DNA of 64,000 nucleotides from the NCBI GenBank assembly GCA_035221665.1, contig CM069158.1, positions 12,586,001 through 12,650,000 on the forward strand, read 5' to 3'. The position numbers and the translations under genes were made by a program. The number at the start of each line of letters is the position of its first letter. Position 1 is the stretch's first letter. Below the pieces are notes generated by a model. The model searched no databases, was not told the origin of the DNA, and saw nothing but the letters and a program-made list of their open reading frames with translations. Positions 22,881 to 34,200 of this stretch are shown piece after piece. The stretch is from Okamejei kenojei (lineage: Eukaryota).

Positions 22881-22993
22881 TTTATAAAATAGCCATTCTA
22901 CCCAATGTTTAGACTGCAAGTTGCCCCAGTACTTATCACTCCTGCGTTTGCCAAACCGTCCAAACAACTGCAACCTTTATTCCCAAGCAGAAT

Positions 22994-23200
22994 GTTGTTA
23001 TTCGTCCTTCGTAGTCGAAGAAGACCATGACTTCAGTGTTTTGTTTGTGGGTCCGGAGGTGACTGGTGAGACCGATCCTGGCCTGGGAGGCTCGCCCGCA
23101 TATGGGACACAGTTGGGTGGGTGCTGCAGTAGACGTTGAAGCGGCTCGAGCCTTGCACGCGGCGCGTTTCCTCTGAGCTTCTGCGGTGCGCTTCTTCCCA
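22994..23200 (-). mobile_element. RTE-clade LINE 3' end
   Basis: The minus strand translates to AEAQRKRAACKARAASTSTAAPTQLCPICGRASQARIGLTSHLRTH, the RTE C-terminal CPxC..RIGLxSHxRxH motif. A short stem-loop UTR follows. Confidence 0.8.
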
Positions 23201-23885
23201 ACAAAAACAACAAAACACTTTGGAAATTCTCATAAGCCTGCAAAATGCAGCAAAAATGCATGGAAGCTGTGTTTTTTTTAAACTTTGCCCACAGCCAACA
23301 TTCAAAGGTTGCAGATAGTCAAAGTATAAAAATGTTATTTTTGAATCCTCTTCATGTGCCACCAAACAAAATGTCAGATCAGTTATTCCTCTGCTTGTCT
23401 AAAAAAAATCAGATCACATCTGTCTACAATTCCCATGCATGTGGGTGTGTGATAAAGTAATTCATTAGAGCTTTGCTTGTTAACCATTTAGATCCCTATA
23501 TAAATACACTTGTTTTCTTTCGGGGAACTTATTGATAAAATATACATTATTCTCATAAAACCACAATCCAGCTAAGCTTCACGAGGGATTTGGGAGCATG
23601 CACATTCACTGTGTTTGGTCTGAATTAGATTTCAACAGGACAGCGTGGGAGATAAGGCTCTTGTTATGCTGTGCGGTATTGCACCGAGACACTGTAAAAT
23701 GTAGATAAGGAATGAAGCTACACGTTACCAAAGAATAATGGAACTGTTTTTGCACATGTTGATAAAATGATTCCCCTTCCAAACAAATTATATTTGTAAG
23801 ATATTTTAGGAAAGCAAAGTCAAGCTCGCTGTGAGGTTCATGAGGTTCATGAGACGATGAGGTTCATTTAATCTGTATGTGTGTG

Positions 23886-24030
23886 CAGTGGCGGACTGGG
23901 TCTAAAAATATTGGTTGCCAGGAGACAAAGGGGGCCCACTTCATCAGGGGCCCACTTGATATAGGGGGCCCACTTCATCGGGGGCCTACTTGCCATCGGG
24001 CAAGCTGACACCCTGGCCAGTCCGCCACTG
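23886..24030. mobile_element. hAT-type MITE
   Basis: 14-bp TIR CAGTGGCGGACTGG / CCAGTCCGCCACTG. 8-bp flanks TGTGTGTG and CGTGTGTG. Four internal GGGGCCCACTT-like units. Confidence 0.85.
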
Positions 24031-24114
24031 CGTGTGTGTAAACATGGGCCAAGGTAAGAATCTACATTATGTTAACTCGTTCGTATTCTCAAGAAAGCAA
24101 TCACCCATTGTCTG

Positions 24115-24297
24115 AAGGAAGGAACTGCAGATGCTGGTTTACACCGAAGATAGACACAAAATGCCGGATTAATCTCAGTGGGACAGGCAGCGTCTCTAGA
24201 TAGGAGGAATGGGTGATCCGAAACTTCACCCATTCTTTCCATCTAGAGATGCTGCCTGTCCCGTTGAGTTGCTCCAGCATTTTGTGTCTATCTTACA
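24115..24297. mobile_element. Inverted pair of Penelope-derived terminal repeats (centre deleted)
   Basis: AAGATAGACACAAAATGC..GGGACAGGCAGCGTCTCTAGAT and its reverse complement ATCTAGAGATGCTGCCTGTCCC..GCATTTTGTGTCTATCTT. Confidence 0.75.
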
Positions 24298-24484
24298 CAT
24301 TGTCTGGAAGTTGCTGTGACATGGTTTGACATTAAGGCAAGTATTCTTTTGGAGTCAGTGTATATTCTGCTACCCACTAAAGTTGCACTCCCCACACCCA
24401 TCCTTCTCCCTCCATGAGCTCCTCATACTCATCCAGTTCACTGCGCTCACCTGTTCCCATTCCTATTAAAAAAAATCAACAGCA

Positions 24485-24765
24485 CGGTGAATCGAGGACC
24501 AGAGGACATAGGTTTAAGGTGAAGGGGAAAAGATTTAACGGGAATCTGACAAATAACTTTTCCACACAAAGGGTGGTGGGTGTATGGAACAAACTGCCAG
24601 AGGAGGTTAGACAGGTACATGGATAGGACAGGTTTGGAGGGATTTGGACCAAACGCAGGCCGGTGGGACTAGTGTAGCTGGGACGTGTGTCGGCCGATGT
24701 GGGCAAGTTGGGCCGCAGGGCCTGTTTCCACACTGTATCACTCTATGACTCTATGACTCTACGAC
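24485..24765 (+). mobile_element. CR1 LINE 3' fragment
   Basis: Translates to GESRTRGHRFKVKG..RVVGVWNKLPEEV, followed by a (CTCTATGA)n tail. Confidence 0.85.
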
Positions 24766-24875
24766 CTTAATTCTGATATCTCCCCAGTACGACAATTCAG
24801 CCCTCTTATTTCCCATCAGCATACTGCAGAGGGATCTTGGAGTCCAAGTCCATGAATGTGATTCAATGATATAAT

Positions 24876-25013
24876 GGGGTGGGAGATTGCACCCTTCACG
24901 TGGTCCGCCCTGTTTCGACTAATGCAATCAACTCGACCTGCACAAACGGAAGATCAAATAGAACAAGTTGTCCAACAACTTTAGGCTGTGCACGCCACAC
25001 GAAAGAAGAGAAG
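24876..25013 (+). mobile_element. Short non-autonomous retroelement headed by a minimal HDV-like ribozyme, copy B
   Basis: Same fold as copy A, with L3 TTCACGT and one P3 mismatch (CCC/GGT). GAAAGAAGAGAAG tail. Perfect TSD AATGATATAAT at 24865-24875 and 25014-25024. Confidence 0.9.
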
Positions 25014-26719
25014 AATGATATAATGATACTTTATTGTCACATGTACCTACATGTATCAACAGCTTTTCTTTCAATAAGAAAATATGGAAAAAAAAAATTC
25101 AACTGTGGAAACCTGTGGCAATTTATTTTTGGTATGTTTACAACTCTTTTATCTTCTTGGATGACGCTTGACGTTCCAAGCCAAAAAAAGCCTTGTCCTT
25201 CCACCATGTAGTGATCCACTGTTTAATGGGAACTTTGTGTACCCAGATAAACCTTTTAGCAACAAGCCAGGCACATGGTAATCTACAAGCTGATAAGGTA
25301 AAGTTGGACTTCACGCTTGATGTCCATAATGTTTTCCTGTCAAGGTTGAGCACCAACTGAGAGCTGCCAGCAAAGGATATGATTTGACTGACTGTCGCAA
25401 AGTAGTAGTTAGTATGGCAATGCGGCAATGAAACTGAACATGCAGAACTCAAGAGATTGACGTTTATAACACCAGGTTTTAACATGAGAATTATCAGTTC
25501 CAGAATTTAAATATCATTGTTGTTAGCTTGGAGACTTACTGCAAAGTGGATCACTTACCTGTCATAATCTTCTAAACCCAATTCTGATGGTTCGACATTT
25601 GATGCTGATTTGTCAGTGATTATCAAAAACAGTGCACAGTTTACCGACCTCAACCTGTAATGTCTGCGTTAATATTTGTGCCTTTCTTTTGTAATTTTGT
25701 TGATTATCAAATAAAAGTGAAATTTTAAACCATACTTTGCCTCAAAGGGTATAACGATCCTAGGATACAGCTTTAATTTAATATCCACCCGTCGTTTAAA
25801 TGTTGTGTTATAAAGAAAGAATTGAAGATTACAAAATTAATCTTAGATGACTGATATTTTCTCTATGATTACAAAATACATTTTTCAACAGATTATATTT
25901 CAAGATAAATATTTGGACAATTGCTCAATTTGGACATGGAATTTTTTTTTCCTTCATTATTGCCCTTCTCTCCTGAAAACAGCAGATGCATTTCTATAAA
26001 TATTGTTCCCTTTTTAAAGTGAATAATTGTAATGTGATTCTTGGAATGGCAAAGGGAGATTACTAGCCGGACACAGCTCATCCTTTCAAGATGTGTAGGA
26101 AGCAACTGCGGATGCTGGATTAAATCGAAGATAGACACAAAATGCTGGAGTAACTCAGTCTGAAGAAGGGTCTAGATCCGAAACATCGCCTATTCCTTCA
26201 CTCCAGAATTGATAGCATTTTGTGTCTGTCATCCTTACCTGGGTGTTGTGTCAATAGTAGAGATAGTTGTTGAGACAAAGAACTGCAGATGCTGGTTGAT
26301 ACCAAAGACAGACATATAGTGCTGGAGTAACTCAGCGGGTCAGGCAGCATTTCTGGAGAAAATGGATAGGTGACATCTTGGGTCGAGACCCTTCTTCAGA
26401 CTGAAAGTAGGGAGTGTGGAGAGGGAGGATGCGGTGAAGAGCTGGAGGATAGAAAAGTCCAATATCAATCAGGGCTGGTCACAAATGACCTCGGGCAGGG
26501 TGGTGCCCAGGTAGGGTCATTGTTGACTGCGGAAGATGTGATCTCAAGAGGGATACAATGTGGTGAACTCTGGAACTGGTTAAACGAATATAATAGAGGA
26601 AAGAGGGGTGAGGGGAGGGGAGTGAAGGGGAGATAGTTGTCACTAATGTGAGCTCAGAGGTTTGTTAATTCCCCTCTTTCTTAACCTAAGTATTGAGACT
26701 TCAATTTAGAACATTTAGA

Positions 26720-27080
26720 ACAGCTAAATGCAGGAAAAATGTTTCCAATGTTGGGTGAGTCCAGAACCAGGGGCCACAGTCTTAGAATAAAGGGGAGGTC
26801 ACTTAAGACTGAGGTGAGAAAAAACTTTTTCACCCAGAGAGTTGTGAATTTATGGAATTCCCTGCCACAGAGGGCAGTGGAGGCCAAATCGCTGGATGGA
26901 TTTAAGAGAGAGTTGGATAGAGCTCTAGGGGCTAGTGGAGTCAAGGGATATGGGGAGAAGGCAGGCACGGGTTATTGATAGCGGACGATCAGCCATGATC
27001 ACAATGAATGGCGGTGCTGGCTCGAAGAGCTGAATGGCCTCCTCCTGCACCTATTTTCTATGTTTCTATGTTTCTATGTA
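26720..27080 (+). mobile_element. CR1/HER1 LINE 3' fragment
   Basis: Translates to MFPMLGESRTRGHSLRIKGR..WNSLPQRAVEA, followed by a (TTCTATGT)n tail. Confidence 0.9.
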
Positions 27081-27214
27081 ACATAGAACAGTACAACACA
27101 AGAACTCGCCCTTCGGTCCAATGTGCCTGTGCCAATCATGATGCCAAGACCTTCCTCCTGCATTCAAGTTACTGCAGGCCAGAGTGAAGACTTGGAACAA
27201 TGTCTGATTACCTG

Positions 27215-27940
27215 GAGGCACAAGGAAATGCAGATGCTAGAATCTTGACCAAAACACGAAGTGCTGGAGTAACTCAATGGGTCAAGCAGTCGTCCGGCAG
27301 CATCTCTGGAGGGAATGGATAGGCAATGTTTTGGGTCAGGGCGCTTCTTAAGACCGACTGTGGTGATAGGGGGAGACAGCTGGAAAAGAGTAGGGTCAGA
27401 ACAAATCCTGGCAAGTGATAAGTGGAGTTATGGGGAGAAGGCAGGAGAATGGAGTTGAAAGGGAAGGATAGATCAGCCATGATTATGGGGCAGAGTAGAC
27501 TTGATAGGCCAAATGGCCTAATTCTGCTCCTATAGCTTACAAACATGAGGTGTTGGGGGATGGGGGGGGGGGGGGGGGGGGGGGTGCTTGATTGCAAAAT
27601 GGATGGAGTAAGTGTCAAAGGCAAGAGATGAAATGGAGACAAAAGGATGGCAGATAAGGACAGAAGTGGAGTGAAATGTAAAGCCAGAGGAAGGGATATG
27701 GGTGGAAGGGGGCAGTTGTAGGGAGTGAGGGGGGTGGCAAGAGGGGCAGCATGAAAGAAATGGGTGTACACGCCAGAGTGGGTGTCGGGGGGAGGAGGAG
27801 TTGGATTAAAGTGGATGGGGCACAGGAAAGAGCGAGGGGGAAGGGGGGTGTTACTTAACATTGGAGAATTCAATGTTCATACTGTAGGGCTGTAAGTTAC
27901 CCAAGTGGAAAATTAGGTGCTGTTCCTCAGTTTGCTTGTG
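27215..27940 (-). mobile_element. Penelope-like 3' fragment with nested CR1 tail
   Basis: The minus strand reads GAGGAACAGCACCTAATTTTCCACTTGGG (EEQHLIF, end of GIY-YIG), then a pyrimidine-rich UTR and the terminal repeat. Confidence 0.7.
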
Positions 27941-28208
27941 ATAGTTCAGCTGAGGAATCTTTGAGTATTAAAGAGAATCTAATAAGCAAATTTTCTTTTT
28001 TGGTAGCACAAGCAGTTATTTCAGAACAGACTGTTATGATAAATTATGTTTACACGCTTTGTTACGGACAATATGTAGCGATAGAGGTGATGTTCATAAT
28101 GAACGAAACATTTCTGGTCATTGGAACCCTGCACTTTGACAAGCCAGCCTGTGTCAACCACCACTGAATGTTGTTATTAAGAAATACTTGCACTTTCAGT
28201 TTTTCAGA

Positions 28209-28343
28209 GGGGTGGGAGATTGCAACCTTCACGTGGTCCACCCTGTTTCAACCAATGCAATCAACCTGACGTGCACAGACAAGATCAAATAAAACAGGTT
28301 GGCCTGCAACTTTAGGCTGTGCACGCCATACGCAAGAAGAAGA
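28209..28343 (+). mobile_element. Short non-autonomous retroelement headed by a minimal HDV-like ribozyme, copy C
   Basis: P1 GGGGTGG/CCACCCT, P2 GATTGCA/TGCAATC, P3 ACC/GGT, L3 TTCACGT, J4/2 C-CAA. Tail GCCATACGCAAGAAGAAG. Confidence 0.85.
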
Positions 28344-29544
28344 GCGTGCATAAATTGACACAATGGTGAGAAGCAAAAGTTATTCATGTTCCATTTCTCT
28401 CCTTTCTTGAAGAAGTTGTCTTTTTTTTCTGGGGTATACTACCACTGCTTGTAAAATATCAGTGCTTGCCAAAGGTGTCAGACGTCACATAGTCGGCTTC
28501 TGTGGAGTATTGGTTCAACATTTAGTTTTCAATGCTATCTTTGGTTAATGTTCACACAGGGAGTTGCGGCATCCGAATTGAACAGAAAAAGGGACCATTA
28601 CTACTGTACAAATAAATAGTCATAGAGTCGTACTGCACCGTTTCATGTTGCTCTTTGTAACTAACAACACAAATCCTCTTCCTCTTGATAGACACAAAAT
28701 GCTGGAGTAACACGGAGGGACAGGAGGCACCCCTGGAGAGAAGGAATGGGTGATGTTCCAGGTTGAGACCTTTCTTCAGAATAGCATCAGGGGATAGGGA
28801 AACGAGAGATATAGACGGTGAAGTGGAGAGATTTCTCTCGCTCTTTCCTTGAAATGTAGGGTAACATTAACTCCAACATTTTGAGTCTGTTCACAGTGAT
28901 GTTTGCTTAAATTAATGAATATTTATTGGAAAAATTGCAGTAACATTTATATTTAACACTTTTTACTCATCTAAATGACACCTCGTTTTCATCAGAATAA
29001 TTTCATCCCCTTACCAATTTCCCAAAATAGCCTGCAATGTCCAGTTTAAATCACAAACAAATTCCGATGGAATTTTCTTCTTATTCACAATCTCAATTTA
29101 CATCCCTAAAGTAACACAGATTAACACTACCCTCCAATCCACAGGAACTGATCCTCAATCTATAGAACTTTGGAAAATACATGGCATCTCCAAAGCGCAC
29201 CTCAGAATCTACATATATTATTTACCAACTCCATGCATTGTGTATACATTCCACATACAAAGCACAATCTTTATAATCTATGAAAAGCCTGCAAGGTCTC
29301 TACACAATATTTTAGATGGGTCATGTGCAAATGCCAGAGAACATCAAAAACCATGATAAACTATACGCACGCCCCCCTCCCCCGACCACACCAAATACCA
29401 ATACACATACAATCTCCACAGATGAGGTTGTATCACAACAGCTGGATGCATCTTCTATATACAATCTACTTATTGGTGGAGAGGTTCTGTATGAGACCTG
29501 TCCTGCTGATAATAGGAAAATACAAATGAAAGATAGGGATTGTT

Positions 29545-29832
29545 TACGACATGGAAACAGGCCCTTCGGCCCACAGAGTCCACATTGACTGCCGATCATC
29601 CGTTCGCATTAGTTCTGTTTTCCCAACACTTTCACATCTAGTCCGTACACAACAAGGGCTATTTTACCGGGGGCCAATCAACCTACAACCCTGCACGTCT
29701 TTGGGATGTGGGAGGACCCGGAGGAATCCCACAAGGTCACAAGGAAATCGTGCAAGCTCCTCACTGGCAGCACCTGAGGTCAGGATCAAAGACAGGTGCC
29801 GTGAGGCAGTAGCTCCACCAGCTGCACCACTG
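29545..29832 (-). mobile_element. V-SINE (HE1-like), decayed
   Basis: The minus strand reads GTGGTGCAGCTGGTGGAGCTACTGCCTCACGGCACC..CCTCCCACATCCCAAAGACGTGCAGG. Confidence 0.75.
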
Positions 29833-30175
29833 TTTATGAAATCTCACTGTTCTGTGGCATTGATGCAAGTGATTATTATCTAATCTCCACAAGTTAATAC
29901 TGCTGCTTATAAATATCAATAAAATAACAACCTAAATAAAACATTTTCAGTTTATTCGCAACTTTGCAAATAATTGAGTCATGTTATGATAATCAAATCA
30001 GGAACGGCAGTGGAAAGACTTCACTTTTGTTCTGTGCCTTGGATTGTTGTGGTTTGAAAGCTGAGAAGTTTAGTTTTATTGTTGACCTTCCTTATTAAAC
30101 CCACTCAGCCATAGAGGGAGGGATAATAAGAGATTACTTTAAACTTGTAAGTTTATCAAACAAATAAGTCACTAA

Positions 30176-30755
30176 AGGGCCTGTCCCACGAGCATGTGAC
30201 CTGCATGCGGGAAGCGCGACCAAACCGGAAGTGGAGGTCGGGTGAGTGACGTGAAGTTGGAGCGAAGTCCGCGGGAAGTTCACAAGGACAGAGAGGGACA
30301 TAAAGGCACACACAGAGAGGGACACGGAGGCACACACAGAGAGGGACACGGAGGCACACAGAGAGGGACACGGAGGCACACACAGAGAGGGACACGGAGG
30401 CACACACAGAGAGGATCACGGAGGCACACAGAGAGGGTCACGGAGGCACACAGAGAGGGTCACGGAGGCACACAGAGAGGGTCACGAGAGGCACACAGAG
30501 AGGGACACGGAGGCACGATGTCGAGGTGGTGCGTGCGGCGTCGAGGCGGCTGCGGGCCGACAGGCCGTTGTCCCGCGCGGAACTTTTGAACACGGTCAGT
30601 TTTTCGGAGCCCCGCGCGATGTCGGGACCAGCTCTGCACAACTCCATACGGCTCCGGCGATCGAAGTGGGACCGGCCCCGCGAGGCCGTACGGCTCAAGC
30701 GACCACGTTAGGTCGCGCTTGCCGCAAGGAGTCTCATGCTGGTGGGACAGGCCCT
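30176..30755. mobile_element. PIF/Harbinger-type MITE
   Basis: TIR AGGGCCTGTCCCAC, imperfectly extending to ~45 bp. TAA on both sides (30173-30175 and 30756-30758). Confidence 0.85.
30287..30516 (+). repeat. 22-24 bp minisatellite inside the MITE
   Basis: About 10 units of ACACAGAGAGGGACACGGAGGC. Confidence 0.95.
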
Positions 30756-30924
30756 TAACTATTCATGAGTTCATCAGTAATAGGTTCCTTGAAATAGAAC
30801 TATAGAATCATGCAGCGTGGAAACGCATCCTTTGAGTATATTTTGAAAAGATTGCGCCATTTTTGCTTGCAATGAATTCTGTCCTCAGGGCCAGGACTGA
30901 CACAAACAGTCACTTGTGCTCGAA

Positions 30925-31350
30925 AAGACTAGGCTTGTATTCACCGGAGTTTAGAAGGATGAGGGGGAATCTTATAGAAACATATAAAATTATAAAAGGA
31001 TTGGACAAGCTAGATGCAGGAATAATGTTCCCAATGTTGGGCGAGTCCAGAACCAGGGGCCACAGTCTTAGAATAAAGGGGAGGCCATTTAAGACTGAGG
31101 TGAGAAAAAACTTTTTTACCCAGAGAGTTGTGAGTTTATGGAATTCCCTGCCACAGAGGGCAGTGGCGGCCAAATCACTTAAGAGAGAGTTGGATAGAGC
31201 TCTTGGGACTAGTGGAGTCAAGGGATATGGGGAAAAGGCAGGCACGGGTTATTGATAGCTGACGATCAGCCATGATCACAATAAATTGGTGGTGCTGGCT
31301 CGAAGGGCCGAATGGCCTCCTCCTGAACCTATTTTCTATGTTTCTATGCT
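30925..31350 (+). mobile_element. CR1/HER1 LINE 3' fragment
   Basis: Translates to RLGLYSPEFRRMRGNLIETYKIIKGLD..WNSLP, followed by a TTTCTATG tail. Confidence 0.9.
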
Positions 31351-32124
31351 ACTGTTGCATAAATATGTGCCGTATCCATCAGTTTTTCTTTTCCATTCTC
31401 TTGGTTGTGCATCACACGTACATTTTCAGAGTCATTAAGATCCTACCAATATATTCCAATTGAGACTCGGAGTACGGCAATTCCAAATTCTCATTTGGCA
31501 CCTGTTAGTGCTGTAATGGAAAAATACTTCCCACCTTGTGCGCTGGCCATGAAGCCAGAGGCTGCATCAGTTTCCTGGAACTAATTTCACCAGGACCTTC
31601 ATGATCGTGGATAGGGCACATCAACAAATTACGTTTCCACATTAGGGCATTGTGGCCAAGTTCTCTTCTGCCATCTCAATACAAACGGAAAATACTGGAA
31701 ACATTTAGAAGTTCAGACGCCATCTGTGATGAGAGAACCACAACTATTGTTTCATTTCTCTCTTCACAGCTGAGTAAGTTCATAAAACAGGCATGTTTGG
31801 AATTGGGTGATGCTGGCGTCAGATCACCACTCAGGAGTTACACCAATTCCACTTACTTTCATTTCACAGAAAGCTCTTTACTAGTTTGACCATTATAGCA
31901 TAAACTTGATAAAGAGCAGTTAAAATCCTTGATAGAGGCAAAAAGCTGGAGTAACTCAGTGGGACAGGCAAACAAGAGGGAAGGAATGGGTGATGTTTCA
32001 GGTCAAGACCCTTCTTCAGACTAGTCAGGGGAACGAGAAAAGAGAGGTATAGACGATGATGTGAAGTGATAAAGAACAATGAATGAAAGATATGCAAAAA
32101 AAGTAACGATGATAAAGGAAACAG

Positions 32125-33145
32125 AGGGTACACAAAATGCTGGAGAAACTCAGCGGGTGCAGCAGCATCTATGGAGCGAGGGAGATCGGCAACGTTTCGG
32201 GCCAAAACCCTTCTTCAGACTGATGGGGGGTGGGGGGAGGTGGGAGGAAGAAAGGAAAAAGGAGGAGGAGGAGCCCGAGGGCTGAGGGAGAGATAGGAAG
32301 GGGAGGAGACAGCAAGGGTCAACAGAATTGAGAGAATTCGATGTTCATGCCAAGAGGATGCAGACTCCCCAAGCGGAATATGAGGTGCTGTTCCTCCAAT
32401 TCGCAGTGTTGCTCACTCTGGCCGTGGAGGAGGCCCAGGACAGAGAGGTTGGATACAGAATGGGAGGGGGAGTTGAGCCACCGGGAGGTCGGGTTGGTTA
32501 TTGCGGACCGAGCGGAGGTGTTCGGCGAAACGATCGCCAAGCCTCCGCTTGGTCTCACCGATATAGATCAGCTGACATCTAGAGCAGCGGATGCTGTAGA
32601 TGAGTTTGGAGGAGGTGCAGGTGAACCTCTGTCGGAACTGGAACGACTGCTTGGGTCCTTGAATGGAGTGGAGGGGGGAGGTAAAGCGACAAGTGTAGCA
32701 TCTCTTGCGGTTGCAAGGGAAAGTGCCCGGGGAATGGGTGGAGCGGGAAGGAATGGAAGAATTGACAAGGGAGTTGCGGAGGGAGCGGTCTTTGCGGAAG
32801 GCAGACAGGGGGGGAGATGGGAAGATGTGGCGAGTGGTGGGGTCACGTTGGAGGTGGCGTAACTGGCGGAGGACTATGTGTTGTATGTGCCGGCTAGTGG
32901 GGTGAAAGGTGTGGACCAGGGGGACTGTCCTTGTTGCGAGTAGGGGGATGAGGAGAGAGGGCAGTGTTACGGGGTACGGAGGAGACCCTGTTGCGACCCT
33001 CATCAATAGTGGGGGAGGGGAATCCCCGTTCCCTGAAGAATTAGGACATTTGTGATGCCCTGGTGTGGAACACCTCATCCTGGGAGCAGATTTGGCGTAC
33101 GAGGAATGAATAGGGGATGGAGTCCTTGGCTGGAAGCAGGGTGAG
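32125..33145 (-). mobile_element. Penelope-like element (Neptune-type), 5' truncated: RT thumb end, Cys-rich linker, GIY-YIG endonuclease, terminal repeat
   Basis: ORF 32413-33078 reads PPLSAFRKDRSLRNSLV..FPCNRKRCYTC..FTCTSSKLIYSIRCSRCQLIYIGETKRRLGDRFAEH. The frameshifted end is LEEQHLIFRLGSLHPLGMNIEFS. Hammerhead core CTGAAGAAGGGTTTTGGCCCGAAACGTT lies at about 32191-32218 (minus). Confidence 0.92.
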
Positions 33146-33829
33146 AGTCAGATATTCAGTTAGTGAGGTCACGGACATAAAATGAGAAGTTGGGTGGGGG
33201 TAGGCTGGAGTTGTTACTTAGAGAAATCAATATATTCATACCATACACATAGTTATACAATATTCATCCTTAGTCCAGCTTTTTGTGTCTATCTTTGGTT
33301 TAAACCAGCATCTCCAGTTCCTTTTTATACAATTCAAATCTTTGCTGGATGGGAATAAGTTCCAGGAGGTGTGTTTTTTTTATTTTGGTTCAATCATGTA
33401 AATTGGCACAATGGGTATAAATGCATTGCTACTGAGTTCATGACCATGATTCAAATTCATCCCATGGTACAAACCCTTCAGTTAAGTTAAATGTCAAGAG
33501 TGTTTTATTCTCATATGTCCCAGATAGAACAATGCAATTCTTACTTTCAGCAGCGCAAACATCATACACATGTTCTCATGAAGAAGATGCATTGGCGGAA
33601 TCTCTTAGATCCCGACTACAGGTGCTGTCTGTGTGGAGTTTGTACGTTCTCCCCGTGATCTGCATGGCTTTTCTCCAAGATCTTCGGTTTCCTCCCGCAC
33701 TCCAAAGGTGTACAGGTATCTAGGTTAATTGGCGTGATAACATGTAAAAAATGTCCAATATAAAATTGCTCAACTTCCAGTAAAGTCCCTGGTGAATTCT
33801 TCGGAAGTAATGAGGTACAAGGTGCAAGG

Positions 33830-34200
33830 TGTAGGTATCCTGACTGGTTACATCATGGTCTGGTTCGACAATTCCAATTCACAGGAACGCTAGAGGCTGC
33901 AGAGAGTGCTGGATACAGCCCTCCCCACCATCAAAAACTTCTACCCGAGGCACTGCTTCAAGAGGGCCGCATCCATCATCAAGGATCCATGCCCTCTTCA
34001 TGCTCCTACCGTTGGGCAGGAGGTAGGTAAGCTTGAAGTCCCACAACAGCAGGTTCAAGAAGAGCTACTTAACTACAATCATCAGGTTCTTGAACTGAAC
34101 CTGCATAACCCTAATCGTGCCTCAGCAATGAAACATCATGGACCACCTCTTGCACTAACATGGACTTGTTATCTAATTATATTTTGCACTGAGGTTTTTT
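33830..34200 (+). mobile_element. Rex1/Babar-type LINE fragment
   Basis: Translates to LQRVLDTALPTIKNFYPRHCFKRAASIIKDP. Confidence 0.7.

Noticed and set aside
30134-30589. Repetitive ORFs and a CRISPR-like periodic array
   Set aside because: This is a tandem minisatellite without unique spacers, inside a MITE, in a eukaryotic context.
32341-32862. 173-aa plus-strand ORF
   Set aside because: It is the antisense shadow of the Penelope GIY-YIG ORF.
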